Source: Phycisphaerales bacterium
GTDB taxonomy: Bacteria > Planctomycetota > Phycisphaerae > WQYP01
Length of the DNA: 64,000 nucleotides
Assembly: GCA_027451365.1 (NCBI GenBank)
Contig: DAIDJN010000058.1
Location: forward strand, 105,485 to 169,484
Direction: 5' to 3'
This document shows, in pieces, positions 62,217 to 64,000 of the stretch; within the stretch, counting starts at the first letter, position 1, and the number at the start of each line of letters is the position of its first letter. Made by a program: the position numbers and the translations under genes. Under the pieces are notes generated by a model that worked only from the letters and a program-made list of their open reading frames with translations, ran no database searches and was not told the DNA's origin.

Positions 62217-62244
62217 TTGACGAAAATTAAATAGACGCTATCCT
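62217..62244 (+). promoter_or_regulatory. Candidate rrn P2 promoter
   Basis: TTGACG-N16-TATCCT preceded by AAAATGAAAATTTT. Confidence 0.55.
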
Positions 62245-62392
62245 TTAAGACCCGGTTGATTGATGCAACCGGATCAACGCACCAAGGGCTTCCAATAAAA
62301 GCAAATGGGCGTAGATGGCGAAGGCTTGATGCCTGTGCCTGAAGTGGCGTATTCGCCAAAATCAGGATTGGCTGAAGCCGCCGAGTTTTTAT

Positions 62393-62404
62393 TGCTCTTT
62401 GACA
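62393..62404 (+). promoter_or_regulatory. rrn antitermination boxA
   Basis: TGCTCTTTGACA versus consensus TGCTCTTTAACA. Confidence 0.8.
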
Positions 62405-62811
62405 AGTAAACATGGTTAAGACGCCACGAGAATGTGGCAGGCTATAACTGCAGCACACAAACAGGTTTTCATTGAAAGATGAATGTCTGATTGGCAGTCA
62501 AGGCCTGCGTCAAGTTTGATGCGATATAACAGTCGCATATTCAGACACTCTCGTGTGCAAGTCGATTTAATTCTACTTCAAAAGGTTTCCCCCTTTTGAA
62601 GCTAGAGCCAAGTCACTTTGAGAAATCTGAGAACCATCAGCAGTCTTCCGCTTTAGCCAGCGTGGAGAAACTGTATGATGGGTCGGTCCGATTCATGTAT
62701 TCGCAAGAAAAAGTGTGTCGGCCCGATGGCTTTGCCAAGAGGCAAACCTTCATAGTGCAGATTAATCGAGGAAAGCGTCGCAAGGCGCGAGTAGTCGAAG
62801 CAACAGCATTT

Positions 62812-64000
<1,189 letters not shown>

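Overview
Chromosomal window from a bacterium whose partial 16S rRNA and gene content point to Planctomycetota, probably Phycisphaerae (inference). Housekeeping genes: rplM-rpsI, murI, aroC, gpmI, smpB, ychF, ilvE, three tRNAs and the start of an rrn locus. The main accessory block is a ~16.4 kb minus-strand, largely translationally coupled 14-gene operon, hypFCDE-hoxEFUYHW-nifJ-(DHOD-like)-hypAB. It has a near-consensus Rex box upstream, a K+-independent H+-PPase downstream, and hemerythrin/cupin/DUF488 genes on its other side. Other notable elements: a DpnI-type winged-helix-HNH candidate modification-dependent nuclease beside tRNA-Ala; a GAF-GAF-PAS-GGDEF-EAL-CZB protein; two tandem Asp/His-rich mini-lipoproteins; a circularly permuted ATP-grasp/alpha-E/transglutaminase triad of unknown function; a Fur-boxed stand-alone FTR1; a remote BshC homologue; an unusually long, structured rrn leader; and a 16S gene with a compensated 3'-terminal mismatch to primer 27F. 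No CRISPR array, integrase or transposase was recognised. All calls are by eye from motifs, with no database searches.
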